NCBI GenBank assembly: GCA_051294905.1
Contig: CM119371.1
Coordinates: 37,450,001 to 37,514,000 of the forward strand
From: Botryllus schlosseri
Taxonomy: Eukaryota
DNA: 64,000 nucleotides
Direction: 5' to 3'
Under the pieces are notes generated by a model, which had not been told where the DNA came from, did not search any database, and saw only the letters and a list, made by a program, of their open reading frames with translations. Positions 14,938 to 26,650 of this stretch are shown here, piece after piece; the first letter of the stretch is position 1; each line of letters begins with the position of its first letter. The position numbers were made by a program, and so were the translations under genes.

Positions 14938-15374
14938 ATTACACTATATCGCCGTAGCACTAAACAACAATATGTTGTTCATATGCAATTGATTAATGTA
15001 CTGATATTGAAATAAACCCGTCAATTTCTACCTGATAATGATCGTCAGCATCTAGTAGAGAAAAGTACCAAGCTATCATGAAAATGTTATCGGATCGGAT
15101 TCGTCTGATACCGACGCTAAGAATATATTCTCACGAAATGGACTTACTTCTTCTCAGAATAGCATCAAGAATTCAAGATATATTAGTTTATGGGTGCGAT
15201 GGAGACGATTTTTCGCTGATTCGGTCGAGGGCAAAATGGGCGCTTATCAGATATATCGTTAGATGGCACGCTTGACTCAAGCAATTGCGTGGCGAAGTCC
15301 ACGGTTATTCTATCGAATGTAAGTTATTCAGAATTCAAACCAGTACATCCACCTGATCGGTGGTGATGCAGAGT

Positions 15375-15825
15375 ATGTAACGTGGAGTGGTATGATCCAC
15401 TATCCAAATGGTTGCGGGCAATGTTGCCTCTAAGCTGCGTGCGTGCGCAATTGCGCAGTGCTGACACGGCCTCTGCGGACAGAAAATCTAAGCTGCTCAA
15501 AATAAATCCTAAGTTACGCACTGTTGTCCAAGGGACCGCGCAGTATGTTGGTGAGTGCGTGCAGACCCGTGAAAATTTAAAGGGAACATTGGTTGCTGGT
15601 TCGTGTCCGACACAGGTCGACTCTCGAATTCATTCATAAGTGTAGGAGGTTGATCAAGGCTCCTCCTCGACATCCAATCATTGTGACCGGTGTTTTAAAA
15701 TACCTAGAAATGGGCCGTGCTACAAGTCGGTAGATGCGAAATTATGATGAAGAATGGTGGCCAGGTGTAAATGACCGTTGTAATCGAAAAACGCCCGGAA
15801 TGCCTCAAGCAACAACGCAAACTTG
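15375..15825 (+). mobile_element. tRNA-derived SINE family A copy, interrupted by a MITE
   Basis: Body AGGCTCCTCCTCG..., CCTAGAAATGGGCCGTGCTACAAGTCGGTAGATGCG and a CAA tail match the copies at 20328 and 62682. Confidence 0.75.
15419..15591. mobile_element. 173-bp hAT MITE inserted in a SINE head
   Basis: TIRs CAATGTTGCCTCTAA and TTAAAGGGAACATTG. 8-bp TSD GTTGCGGG/GTTGCTGG (7/8). The paralogous SINE at about 23870-23920 lacks it. Confidence 0.8.
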
Positions 15826-17331
15826 GTCTGTATTGTATTTTGTCAAGTAAATCATGATTACGTCATAATAAATTTAAAATAAGTAGAAGGTTCGTTATAA
15901 TTTCCCATTACTTCGTCCCAGCGGCACGGTCGTTAACTAGACATAATCAAAGAATAGCAAAATAGGAAACAAATTAACGGCAAGGATGTCCGTTAAATTT
16001 TGTTTATTTCACACGTCACGTTTTCAGAAACATGAAAACCACGAAGAGAGCCAATTGAACAAAAAGATACATACATATTTAACTGGGTCCCGTGAAAGAT
16101 CACGGATATCTTAGTGTTTTATTTCAATGTCGATAAAATTGTGTCATAATATCGATGACAATTTCTAGTTCGACGTTTCCAGATATTATTGCATGCTGTT
16201 GATCCATACGTCCCTCCGTGAGGTGGAAAAATGGTATAGATAGAGTAATAGACATGGAAAGCAAACATTAAAGGTCAATTTATCGGGATCTAGATTCGCC
16301 AAAAATTATGTGGGCGTCAAGTTGATAGTATCAGTCGTGATAATCATTCACAAAATAAAGACTATTATCGACCTGGAATAAATTACCATTGTAGTTGAAA
16401 AACACCATGACACCACACACCACAAACAACAACAACCAGTCATTTCTAAAAATATCGATCGTTCGAAATAACGGGAATTCTGGAAGTATAATCTATCAAT
16501 CATTATATATACATCGTTAGGTACGTACATTTGCAGATCATATATCAATGTAATTATCCAAGTTAACGAGCTGCAGGGTAACTATCCGTATTTTCATCAC
16601 GTAATTAAAGCACCATGAATAGGAAAATATTCAATTATCTGGTGCAAGCTTGAGGCTTGATCAAAACTAAAACAATCATGTCGTTCTCTTGCACGCAGAG
16701 CTTGGTAGCACGATAAGACCTTCTATAAATGTTTAGTTGTGGTGATATTATATTGTCGCACAAGACTTAGCCACATCGGAAATGTTGATGGAAATTGGAA
16801 ACAGTACAGAAAAGAATTTATGACGGAATCACTTCTCGGCGCGGCTGAAAAGGTCGGAATGATTCACGAAATGGAATACAGCGTTACTTTTAATTTGATT
16901 CAAAAACTTGATGAGCCGTATGATATTTCTCATGAGTCCGGTCCGAGTCAAGTCATCTTAGGGTGGTGACTAGAGTAATTTAAAGTCAATGGAAAAACGA
17001 GAGTGGAGTCATCCCAACATTGTGTTCTAGACTTGGTTTGAAACAAAAGTGTTGTGATTGTGCTACAAACTCATCGCCAATCGTGTAAGAGTTTATTGAC
17101 AGGTAATATTATGCCCCCAGAGGCTTGTCAAATTCGCGAAGTGTAAGTTTTAAATTATGAACGCTTGGATTTTATCGAACTGAGAGCCAATTTCTGACAC
17201 GACATTATTGTTTGGATAGCGATCATGAGGATAAATCAAATCGGCCGTATAATCGCGAGCGAAGTTCGGTGAGACTGGGGCGGAATATATGTCTAGACGT
17301 TACAAAACATCTGCAGTGGAAGTACGTATAT

Positions 17332-17995
17332 TAGGGCTCTTCAAAAATGACTTTTTTTTCTCAAATCGTACTGGCTACTTGATAAAATTGCTAGGTTACC
17401 TAATTTAAGCCTACACACAAAATTTGGTTCAATTCCAGCCAGTAACCGCTTTGCTACAGGAGAAGAAAGTTTCTATTTATTATATAAAAATAAATAATAA
17501 AAAATTTGAAAATTTTTTGTTCACCCCATGAAAGTGTTAGGCTGTCTATAGAAACGATGCTCACCAAATTTGATTCAATTCCAACCAGTGGAAGCGGAGT
17601 TATTGCCGTCGAAAAATTGGGATTTGAATAAAATACTATTTGCGGTGACCACAACTATATTAAATAAACAAAGAATCGGTCACCGTAAATACTATTTTAT
17701 TCAAATCCGAATTTTTCGACGGCAATAACTCCGCTTCCACTGGTTGGAATTGAATCAAATTTGGTGAGCATCGTTTCTATAGACAGCCTAACAGTTTCAT
17801 GGGGTGAACAGAAAATTTTCAAATTTTTCATCATTTATTTTTATATAATAAATAGAAACTTTCTTCTTCTGTAGCAAAGCGGTTACTGGCTGGAATTGCA
17901 CCAAATTTTGTGTGTAGGCTTAAATTAGGTAACCTAACAATTTTATCAAGTAGCCAGTACGATTTGAGAAAAAAAGTCATTTTTGAAGAGCCCTA
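17332..17995. mobile_element. Near-perfect 664-bp foldback hAT-type MITE
   Basis: Arms of about 319 bp (TAGGGCTCTTCAAAAATGAC...GGTGACC and GGTCACC...GTCATTTTTGAAGAGCCCTA) around an ~26-bp spacer. Perfect 8-bp TSD ACGTATAT at 17324-17331 and 17996-18003. Confidence 0.92.
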
Positions 17996-18660
17996 ACGTA
18001 TATAGTTAATTTCGTCGAAGGGTCGCCCAGCGGTTAATTTGAGACTACTAATTGGGATATTGCAAAATGAAACTAACGCAAAATGACTTATGACACTACA
18101 AATATGCAATCTTCGAATGATATTTAGTTACCATGATATATTATGGTTACCATATTTTGGAAATCTGAAAAGAAGACACTTTTTAAAAAATTTCAAACTT
18201 TTAATACAGGAGGGAAATCCGGGAAAATTGGCAAATTTATTCCGAGGTCATACTTGGTTGACTAAAAAAAAGGCATCACTTTGATTCGACTCACGAATTA
18301 CCCGCTTTTCCCGTTAATTTTATGGTGCTGACTAATAATAAGGTTGGTCGTCTTCCCGGCTCAACTCCCGAAAGACCCGCCGGAACGTTACGTGGGTACC
18401 GGTTTCCTATCTCAGTTGAATTTCCACATACATTTAACCCAAATTTTCGAAAAAGAGAACAAATCCTCTTAAAAGAGGACGTTTCCCGGGCGTATTTACA
18501 CAATTATGGCATAATTATACGTTTAAATTTTTTTTCAAAAAGGCATTTGTTTAAAACACTGTTTAAAACAATATTCAAACATGAAGTGTTTTAAAACACT
18601 GTTTGTTGTACACGCAACCCTATACCCCGTACTGATTACGACGCCACTACAGTAGACATA

Positions 18661-19627
18661 CAGGGGAGATGTGGTACCGATGGATCAAAAATTGGAAAAT
18701 GATCTCTGGCCCTCAAATCTTCAGCCGAGAATAGCAGATCTTTTGGTGTCTCAACACTTCGATACATGCTCTACCTATCGCGGACATTTACATGAATATC
18801 CGCCTTTTTAAAAAATATTGATAACTGTTTAAAATTTGTTGCTCGAACGTGTCATCGGTCCCCACCCGGTGGGTCCAAAGGCACACGACCATGGAACCTA
18901 TGAGACATACGCTAAAAAACTCAAATTTGTCAACTTGTTTTGTTGTGTACTAAGCTAAGCTACAGCAAGCCAATGAAGAATGTTTCGTCGCGACCTTCAA
19001 GAATAAAATAAATTATTTCAACTCAAATGTTGGCATAAAATCATGTTTTGATTTACGCCCAAACTTACAAAATTAATGCCACATGCATATTACCCGCAAA
19101 TCGGCATTCTGACTTTAAAATACCTCGTAATAGCGATAAAACACCACAGGTAACTATGATTTTCAGCATATGTATATGTAGGCGAGTTTCTGTTGTTAAG
19201 TGATTAGTTCGTCCATCTATTTTGCTTGATTTGGCTGTGGTGCCATAGGTCCCCCACACCATGAATATTGCAATTGAATTGAAAATAGTCCATCACTCGA
19301 GGATGGTATTAATTAAAAAAAAGTGTGCCATTATATACCCTGATACAAGCCCTATACTTTACGTCAAAAATTATGGTGGGTTTGTTAGTTTGAAAGGTGA
19401 TATAGAAAAATGCAAATGTCGATCCAAATTTACTTTACACCCCCTAAAACGTAAATCATTCGTCACAGACCCCATAACTCACGCAGGTCGAAATTTTTTT
19501 GCATGCGAGGAAAGATTCTGCCAGCATGTAATTGTAGACAAATTCACGGAGTGCAATCATGGAATTATCACGGAGAATTTTTCAAGTATTTTCGGTCCCA
19601 GTGATCCATCGGTACCACATCTCCCTG
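18661..19627. mobile_element. Tc1/mariner-pogo-like non-autonomous element
   Basis: TIRs of about 27 bp: CAGGGGAGATGTGGTACCGATGGATCA and TGATCCATCGGTACCACATCTCCCTG. TA on the left flank, CA on the right. Confidence 0.75.
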
Positions 19628-20327
19628 CAAGATGTTTACAGTGTAAACATGTATAGGGCCTACTTTTTACGCGACCACAAATAATATCATGCTGGTTTTG
19701 CATCGCAATCAGATAATTTGGTGTTCTTTCGACCATAACTATTGCATTGCACTCTTTGACAATACTGTGGGTGGACCACGACTTCCAGATATGTCATTTA
19801 CAGTAACGTGCGTAGCTTTGTATTATATGCTCTTCATGCTGCGATACTATACCAATCGAGGTTTCATGGCTCACACAGTGGAAAATAGTGTCAAAATTAT
19901 AATTTTCGTTGATGAATCGACTGTTAGGGCGCGGATATCATAAAGTTGGACTATCGTTCAACTCGATTATCTCGTTCATCAGGATTTAAGAACCCAGGAT
20001 TGAGGATACCGGTTGATGGCAGCGCATAAAGTTACTTATAACACCATGATTTAAAAACTGGAACAAACTCATGCGTACACTGGGTAACATTCGTGCGCGA
20101 AAATATTTCCGATGATGACCGTTACGATTGTCTGCAGAGCGATATATCTATCATAATCCATCAATATTCTCTATTCCATTTCTTCGATGTACCGTACTGG
20201 TTGCGCACGACTCTTATTTCGCGATGATCAAAATTCTACCTATATTATTCTTATATAATTATCAACTGACAGCCAACAACGCGTTTTCGAGTGATCATCG
20301 CGCGTAACCTTATGGAACTTTGTGCCT

Positions 20328-20610
20328 GGAGAGATATAGCGTAGTGGTCTAATCCACAGCTGCAACACCAATGGGTTGCTGATTCGAGTCCGACGGAGGT
20401 CGACTCCAGAATCCCTATCTAAGGGTTGGAGATTTAACTAGGCTCCTCCTCGCCACGTGATCCGCATAAGCGGTGTCTTATAAACAGCCTAGAAGTGGGC
20501 AGCGCTACAAGTCGGTAAATACGGAACAAAAAAAAAATACAGTATATCGGCCTAGTGTAAAATGACCATAATGTAGTCGAAACACCATGAATATCAAAAC
20601 AAACAAACAA
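20328..20610 (+). mobile_element. tRNA-derived SINE family A, full length
   Basis: A box TAGCGTAGTGG (20337-20347), B box GATTCGAGTCC (20381-20391), conserved body, 3' stem-loop and (CAAA)n tail. ~12-bp TSD AACTTTGTGCCT/AACTTTATGCGT. Confidence 0.88.
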
Positions 20611-21880
20611 AACTTTATGCGTTGCGATTAGCAGGTTTTGATCAGACGATTAGTATTCTTCTGGATCAGCTAACATTATGATCTCCGTCTAAAACACGTC
20701 ATGACTAGCAGTCTCCCAGATCAGCTACCTTTATGAACTCTGCCCTTAGTGCGATATAGGCTATCTATCATCATTCATCAATATTCTCTAATCCGTTTCC
20801 TCGCTGTACCGCACTGATTACGCACGACTCTTCGTGCGAGTATAATTCTAGTACTCGAAAGAATCATCACTCGCTATTCGACTCGAATCGCCATTAGGGT
20901 ATCCTGCATCCTGTATCCAGTATCCTGCCCTATAGTCAAGACTAAATTATCGTTACATGAAAATCTCACTTTGACGTCCGTCCTGGCGAGCTGCTGGTTG
21001 CACTTGACGATGGAGGCTGAAATTGAGAAGATAATAAGTTGACATTCAAAAATGTGCTATAAATTTTCGGATGTTTATTGAAAACAGTGATTGGTGGCAT
21101 ACTTGGACAGTTAGATAATTCTAGTTGCCTATTTCAGTAATACAGTTGAATACCGGCAATCTAATTCTAAAGTAATTTATTAAACGTTTCTTTGCTCTAA
21201 TTTCTTTTCCAATCTCATTTTTGATTTTTCTTAAATTACTAGGCCTACATAGCTGTATCGTACGAAACGAGCCAAGATTGTTGCACAGATATTTGCCGTT
21301 CTCGTGCTCTCAGGAGAATGAAATCTAATTTGATATGAGCCTACAGATTCATAATTTTCAGGTGTTTTACAACTACAGAGAACTACTCAATTTTTAATAT
21401 CCGCAATTATAGAACTATGAAACTACTCACCAGACTTGGAAAACTAAATAATTCCAGTTGTCGAATTAGACTTATTAAAGCCAAATCATGGTAATATAAT
21501 CCTTACGTAATTTGCCAAATGATTCTTTGATCTAATTTCAATGCCGATATAATTAGCAAAATGTTTCTATAATATACAAATTCTAATCTAATTTTAAGTT
21601 TTTCTGAAAATGCTACAGGAAAACTGTGTCGTGCGAAACGAGCCACCTCGGTGGACAGACATTTGCCATTCTCATGCTTGTGATTTGATATGAACTGAAC
21701 TGAATTCTATTACGGGCATTCCTAAAAGTCTGGAAGGCGGAGACAGCGGAGGATGCGGAGAGCGGAACTTTCCGTCATTGACCTTTATAGACACGCGCAC
21801 GTCGCGCATACGCAGTATAGCAAAGCAACTCTAAAACGTCAATCAATCAATATTTTCCTCGGAATTATACGCAATTATGT

Positions 21881-22670
21881 TAAGTCTAAATTGGGCGAGC
21901 AGCGCATGTATGCCGTCCAAACAGTTGGCGATATTCTCCGATAGTAATAGCGCACTGATGTCAATCAAAAACAATGGCAATTCGAATAGTTTAATTGAAA
22001 CTATTATCTGACTTTGCAGAGACTTGGCAACAAATGGAGTACAAGTGACGTTTATTGGATTCCCGCTCACACAGGAATACGTGGCAATGAAAGGGCGGAT
22101 AAACTCGCAAAACTGGCCGCTAGCACACCTGGATCCAATGACGTAAACGGAACGATTCTGTCACTTCCCGAAATGAAGTCATACACCAATGGATTATGTG
22201 CTGAGAAGTGGATGTCGGAATTAAATGGCATCGATCGAGACTCTGCGTACCTTCGTATGCACGCACCGTTCTCATTCATTCCCCGCCCACGAAATTTGTC
22301 GCGGAGGGAATCAGCAATTATATTGCGATTACAAACTGGACACTCTAAATTGAACTCGCACCTCCAACGCATGGGTTGTCACGACAGTGGTCTCTGCGAA
22401 ACGTGCAGCGTACCGGAAACTCTCGAACATTTTCTACTGACGTGTCCTCGATACGATCACCAGAGACAATATTTAAAAAACGTAGCCGAACGTAGCAGTG
22501 TGAGCTTTACGTTGGAATGTCTGTTACCTGATCCGCACATGGTTATTGCGATCGTAGAATTTGTTATTTTGTGTAGGCATATCTGATTCAACTATAGCTC
22601 CCTCAGGCCTGGTGCACAAGACCCTGGTAGTCGAGCACCATAAAACCCCTTATACATATACATATATATA
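21881..22670 (+). mobile_element. 5'-truncated non-LTR retrotransposon (I/Nimb-like): RNase H, CCHC knuckle and 3' UTR
   Basis: Translation gives QLAIFSDSNSALMSI (then one stop and one frameshift), WIPAHTGIRGNERADKLAKLAA, ILRLQTGHSKLNSHL and CETCSVPETLEHFLLTC, with the stop at 22586. 3' stem-loop at 22610-22640 and a TACA/TA-rich tail. Confidence 0.9.
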
Positions 22671-23864
22671 TAAACCATAAACTTCAGAGCTAAAGAAAAA
22701 TTAAAAGGCGAACATAACAAGATGAGACCAGAATCCATGTAAGCGGATACCGGTGATTAGCGTGAAAGTCAACCCTCAATAAGATGACATAATGGACTTT
22801 TTGGATACTGTTACAATATACTGAAAGCGGAGAGCAATGCGTCGCGGAAGATGTTTCGAAACAACTGAGAATAACGGAAAAGTCAACCGTGCGAGCTCCA
22901 AGCCATTTTGGCGACTGGCATCGATGAGCTGACATAGCGGACACAGTGATAAGTTTTTGGCGCATTTTTCTGCATTTTTCACTCGACGCAGATTAAACAG
23001 TGAAATTACAGATGTATGGCAAACCTAGTATATGATGGTGATCAAAGTATAGTCATTTTCTTAGTAACTTAAAGTAAAGCTGTTAATTTCTAATCAGTGA
23101 CAAGTAAAAGGGAATGGGAGAAGTAGGCCTATATAGCAACGTTTGAGAAACACATTCGACTGTGCGGCATCAGTTGAATCAGACATTTTACACAAATGCT
23201 AGGGTATTTGTCACGACAGAGAGATCGGCCTCATTTTGACTGCGTCATCGAAGTTATTTGACGATCAGGATGCGATAGGACCTTTTGGCAGAGGGTAATC
23301 TCGTTTTCAATACCGGGTCATTTCGCCAATCCGTCTCGTAATACGAGCGCCTGGCCTGTAAATCGCGGATATCTGTTTCACGTACAAGACTTATTTGGTC
23401 TCGGCACGGGGATCGAGCCCACGGCATACCGATCAACACAACGTATGACCTGTCATTACGTTATCTCTACGGAACACTGCACAACAATATTTTTCGATGT
23501 GTGGAATTTATTAATATTGAAATAAACACGTCAATTTCGTGCTGATACAATCGTCAGCGACTAGTAGAGAATTAGATAAAGTACGAGCTATCATGAAAAT
23601 TTTATCGGATATTATCATAATTCGTCTGCTACCATTTCTCACGAAATGAACTAACTTCTTCTCAGAATAACATCACGATATATTACTTTATGGGTGCGAG
23701 GGAGACGATCTTTTACTGATTCGGTCGGCGGTAAAATGGGCGATCATCAGATATCGCTAGATGGCGCGCTGGAATCAAACAATTGCGTGGCAACGTCCAG
23801 GGTTAGTCAGAATTCAAAATTTAAACCGGTACAATACATCCACCTGATCGGTGGAGGTGCAGAG

Positions 23865-24138
23865 TATTTCGCGTAGTATGGTACCATCCACTATCCACAG
23901 GGTTGTGGATTCGAGTCCGACAGAGGTCGACGCCCACGCCCGAATTCCTTCATAAGTGTTGGAGGTTGATCTCTAGGCTGATCCTCGCCATCCAATCCTC
24001 GTGACCGGTGTTTTAAAATGTATAGAAGTGGGCCGTGCTACCAGTTGGTAGACGCAGGATCTTAATAAAGAATAGGCGTCTGTTGTAAATGAAAATTGTA
24101 ATCGAAAAACACCATGACTACCACACACGACAACAACA
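23865..24138 (+). mobile_element. tRNA-derived SINE family A copy
   Basis: B box GATTCGAGTCC, body TAGAAGTGGGCCGTGCTAC and tail CGAAAAACACCATGACTACCACACACGACAACAAC. Confidence 0.8.
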
Positions 24139-24854
24139 GTCTGGTCTGTGTTGTATTTTGTCACGTAAATCATGATGACGTCAGTACATCCAAAAAAGGC
24201 AAAAAAAAAGTTTCTTTATAATTTTTCATGACTTCGCCCAAGCGGCACGGTCTTGAACTAGACATAATCGAAGAATAGCAAAGGAGGAAACAAATTATCT
24301 GCGAAGATGTCAGATTTATTTCGTTGATTTGGCACTTTGCGTATTCAGAAGCTTGAAAACCATGAGTAAGCTAATTCAAAACCTGTAAAAAATAGTTAAT
24401 ATAGAACAGGAGCTCTTTAACTGGATCCCACAAAAGATCATGGCAATCTTGGTGTTGTCATATCAAAGTCAATTCAATTGTGTCATATAATCGATAATAA
24501 CATAATACCACCTGGAATCGAAATTGATGCTGCGAACAGATATTATCGCATGCTGTTGTTCCATACATTGTTCCGTATGGCTGCAAATGCTATAGATAGA
24601 GTAATAGACAAAGAAGGCTGACATTAAAAGTCAATTTATCGTTCGGGAGAAAAAGGATGTGGGTGGTAAATTGGTAACATCAGGCATCAAAATCATAATC
24701 AAAATAAACAATGTCGGCCTGGAGTATGTGACTATTGCAGTCGAAAAACACCACGAATACCACAAACAACAGCAACCAGTCATGTCTAAAAATATCGATC
24801 GATCAATTGAAGTAACGGGAATTCGGGACAATTGGACGTCGAGATATTCTAGAT

Positions 24855-25216
24855 CCGTGGTCCCTAACCTTTTTCGACTCATCGTCCCCTTAGCCGGCTC
24901 GGCATGTATTTATCATCCCTCATATTTTCGGTTCCGGGAAAGAGGACATATAAACGGGAAACACATACAGCTAACTCTAATCGCTGGTAAGTTGACTATG
25001 AAAGGTCAAATTTCCGGGGCGATCACGTAACATCCAGTTATCTGAGGTTAGTTTGGGGCGAGTTTACATTGTTTTCTTCATAATAACCGACGGTATGCGG
25101 TTTCCGGGTAACCACATATATCTGAATGTACGTTCTAACATTTTCGCCCCTATCGCCCCCTTCGTTTTGCAAGACTGCTCACTAATGCGCGATATCGCCC
25201 ACGTTGGGAACCACAA
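24855..25216. mobile_element. hAT-type MITE
   Basis: Termini CCGTGGTCCCTAACC and GTTGGGAACCACAA. TSD TTCTAGAT/TTCAAGAC (6/8). Confidence 0.55.
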
Positions 25217-26179
25217 TTCAAGACCCAGGTTCCCGCTAATTTCGAAAGCGGGTTTCAGAATATATCAATTATATCAAATATATCAATTATAATTATACAT
25301 CGTTATGTATACATTCATTTGTACATATATGAATGTAGGCAGGCGCAGTTCATGAGCTAATGAGTTAATGTGAGAGGAAGAATATCGTCCCGACCGTAAT
25401 GAACTTGTTGATTGACACGCTGATTTTCCATGCGTTGTGGAATTAGCTCTCGACACTAAGCCATACATTTAAGTTTAAGTTTGCACACCCACAGGTATTA
25501 AAAGGATTTTTGGATATGGCGAACAATACCACTTGCGTTGTAATCTCCAATCAGAAAATAATCAATAACAACAACATGCGTTTGTTACAAAAGTGTTTTG
25601 ATATTGATACAAACTTTTTGTAAATCGTGTATTTTCATCCACAGGTAATATTATACTGCCGGAGGCGGGAAACAAGTTCGCGAAGTGTAACTATTAAATT
25701 ATAAACGCTTGGAGTTTAACGATCCGAAAGCCAATTTCCGACCCCATATTGTTGTTTAGATAGAGATATTGATGATAATATAAATCGGATGAAATCGCGA
25801 ACAAAGCTCGTTGAGACTGTGACGGAATACATTCGCGGTTGGTTCAAAGCATCCTGGAGTAGTAGTGGCGATTGTAAAGACATGTCAAAACAATTTTAGC
25901 TGGAAGTACACCAAGGTCTGCAAAGTGAAGAAGTAGGCATACGTAGTTTCGACGGTTAGTTAGGTGGAATGGTCGCATACCTTTAACAGTTTCTGAGATT
26001 TCTAATTGCGAAATTGCAAAATGCAACCAACGCAAAGTGACCAATGTCACTACAAATAAATCTTCGAATGCATATTCCGGTATTGCGATATATTTCATGT
26101 CGTAGCAAAGTAATACAACCTCATGGCCAATTTCTTTTCCACCTTTCAAAGCCCAGAATATCAAGTAATTCATTTTTGG

Positions 26180-26650
26180 GAAGCGAGTGGCGCAGTTGGT
26201 TAAACACTGCGGCCACGACACCAATGGTGTAACGGGTGAATAACCGCAGCCACGTGCCGGGGTTTTCCCCGCACATGTTTTCGGTGTCGGGCCCAGGAAA
26301 TGTGTGGTTCCCGAAGGATTGTCTTTTAATTTGTTTATATTCTTTTCGTTTAGAGCGAGTTAAATTATTGTTAACCGTTTCCAATAAATATCATAAACCG
26401 TTTAATGATTGATATAAAGAGGCCAAGAGACGTGTTAGCATCAAGACCGCTGAGCAGTGAGCAGGCTTACATTAATGTAGCAGTCTACAATCGACTCCAA
26501 TCGTCTAAAGTAACTGTTACAAATGGTTGCTGGCTCGAGTCTCGGCTCTGCCATGTCTCTATGTGTCGGGGGTTCATCTGGGCTCCTCATCGCCGAACCC
26601 GCTGTAAATACAGCGCATTGAAAAGCTCAGAGGAATAGAGAGCCAAACTC
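26180..26650 (+). mobile_element. tRNA-derived SINE family B copy, interrupted by a solo LTR
   Basis: A box TGGCGCAGTTGG at about 26188. After the insertion, GGCTCGAGTCTCGGCTCTGCCATGT.TCTATGTGTCGG matches the reverse complement of 51050-51100. Confidence 0.75.
26228..26521. mobile_element. Solo LTR (294 bp) of an LTR retrotransposon
   Basis: TGTAAC...GTTACA termini, perfect 5-bp TSD AATGG (26223-26227 and 26522-26526), internal AATAAA. Removing it restores a continuous SINE head. Confidence 0.85.

Larger units (their letters stand above)
12481..26090 (+). repeat. Tandem segmental duplication: ~12481-18130 versus ~19684-26090
   Basis: Colinear blocks: 12481-12730 with 19684-19920; 12740-13560 with 20835-21600; 14945-16500 with 23455-24830; 17040-17330 with 25585-25910; 18020-18130 with 25980-26090. 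The copies differ mainly by transposon insertions. Confidence 0.85.

Noticed and set aside
20328..20400. tRNA gene (Cys-like GCA loop), also at about 62890-62960
   Set aside because: There is no proper acceptor stem, and the sequence runs into a repeated body and microsatellite tail, so these are SINE heads.
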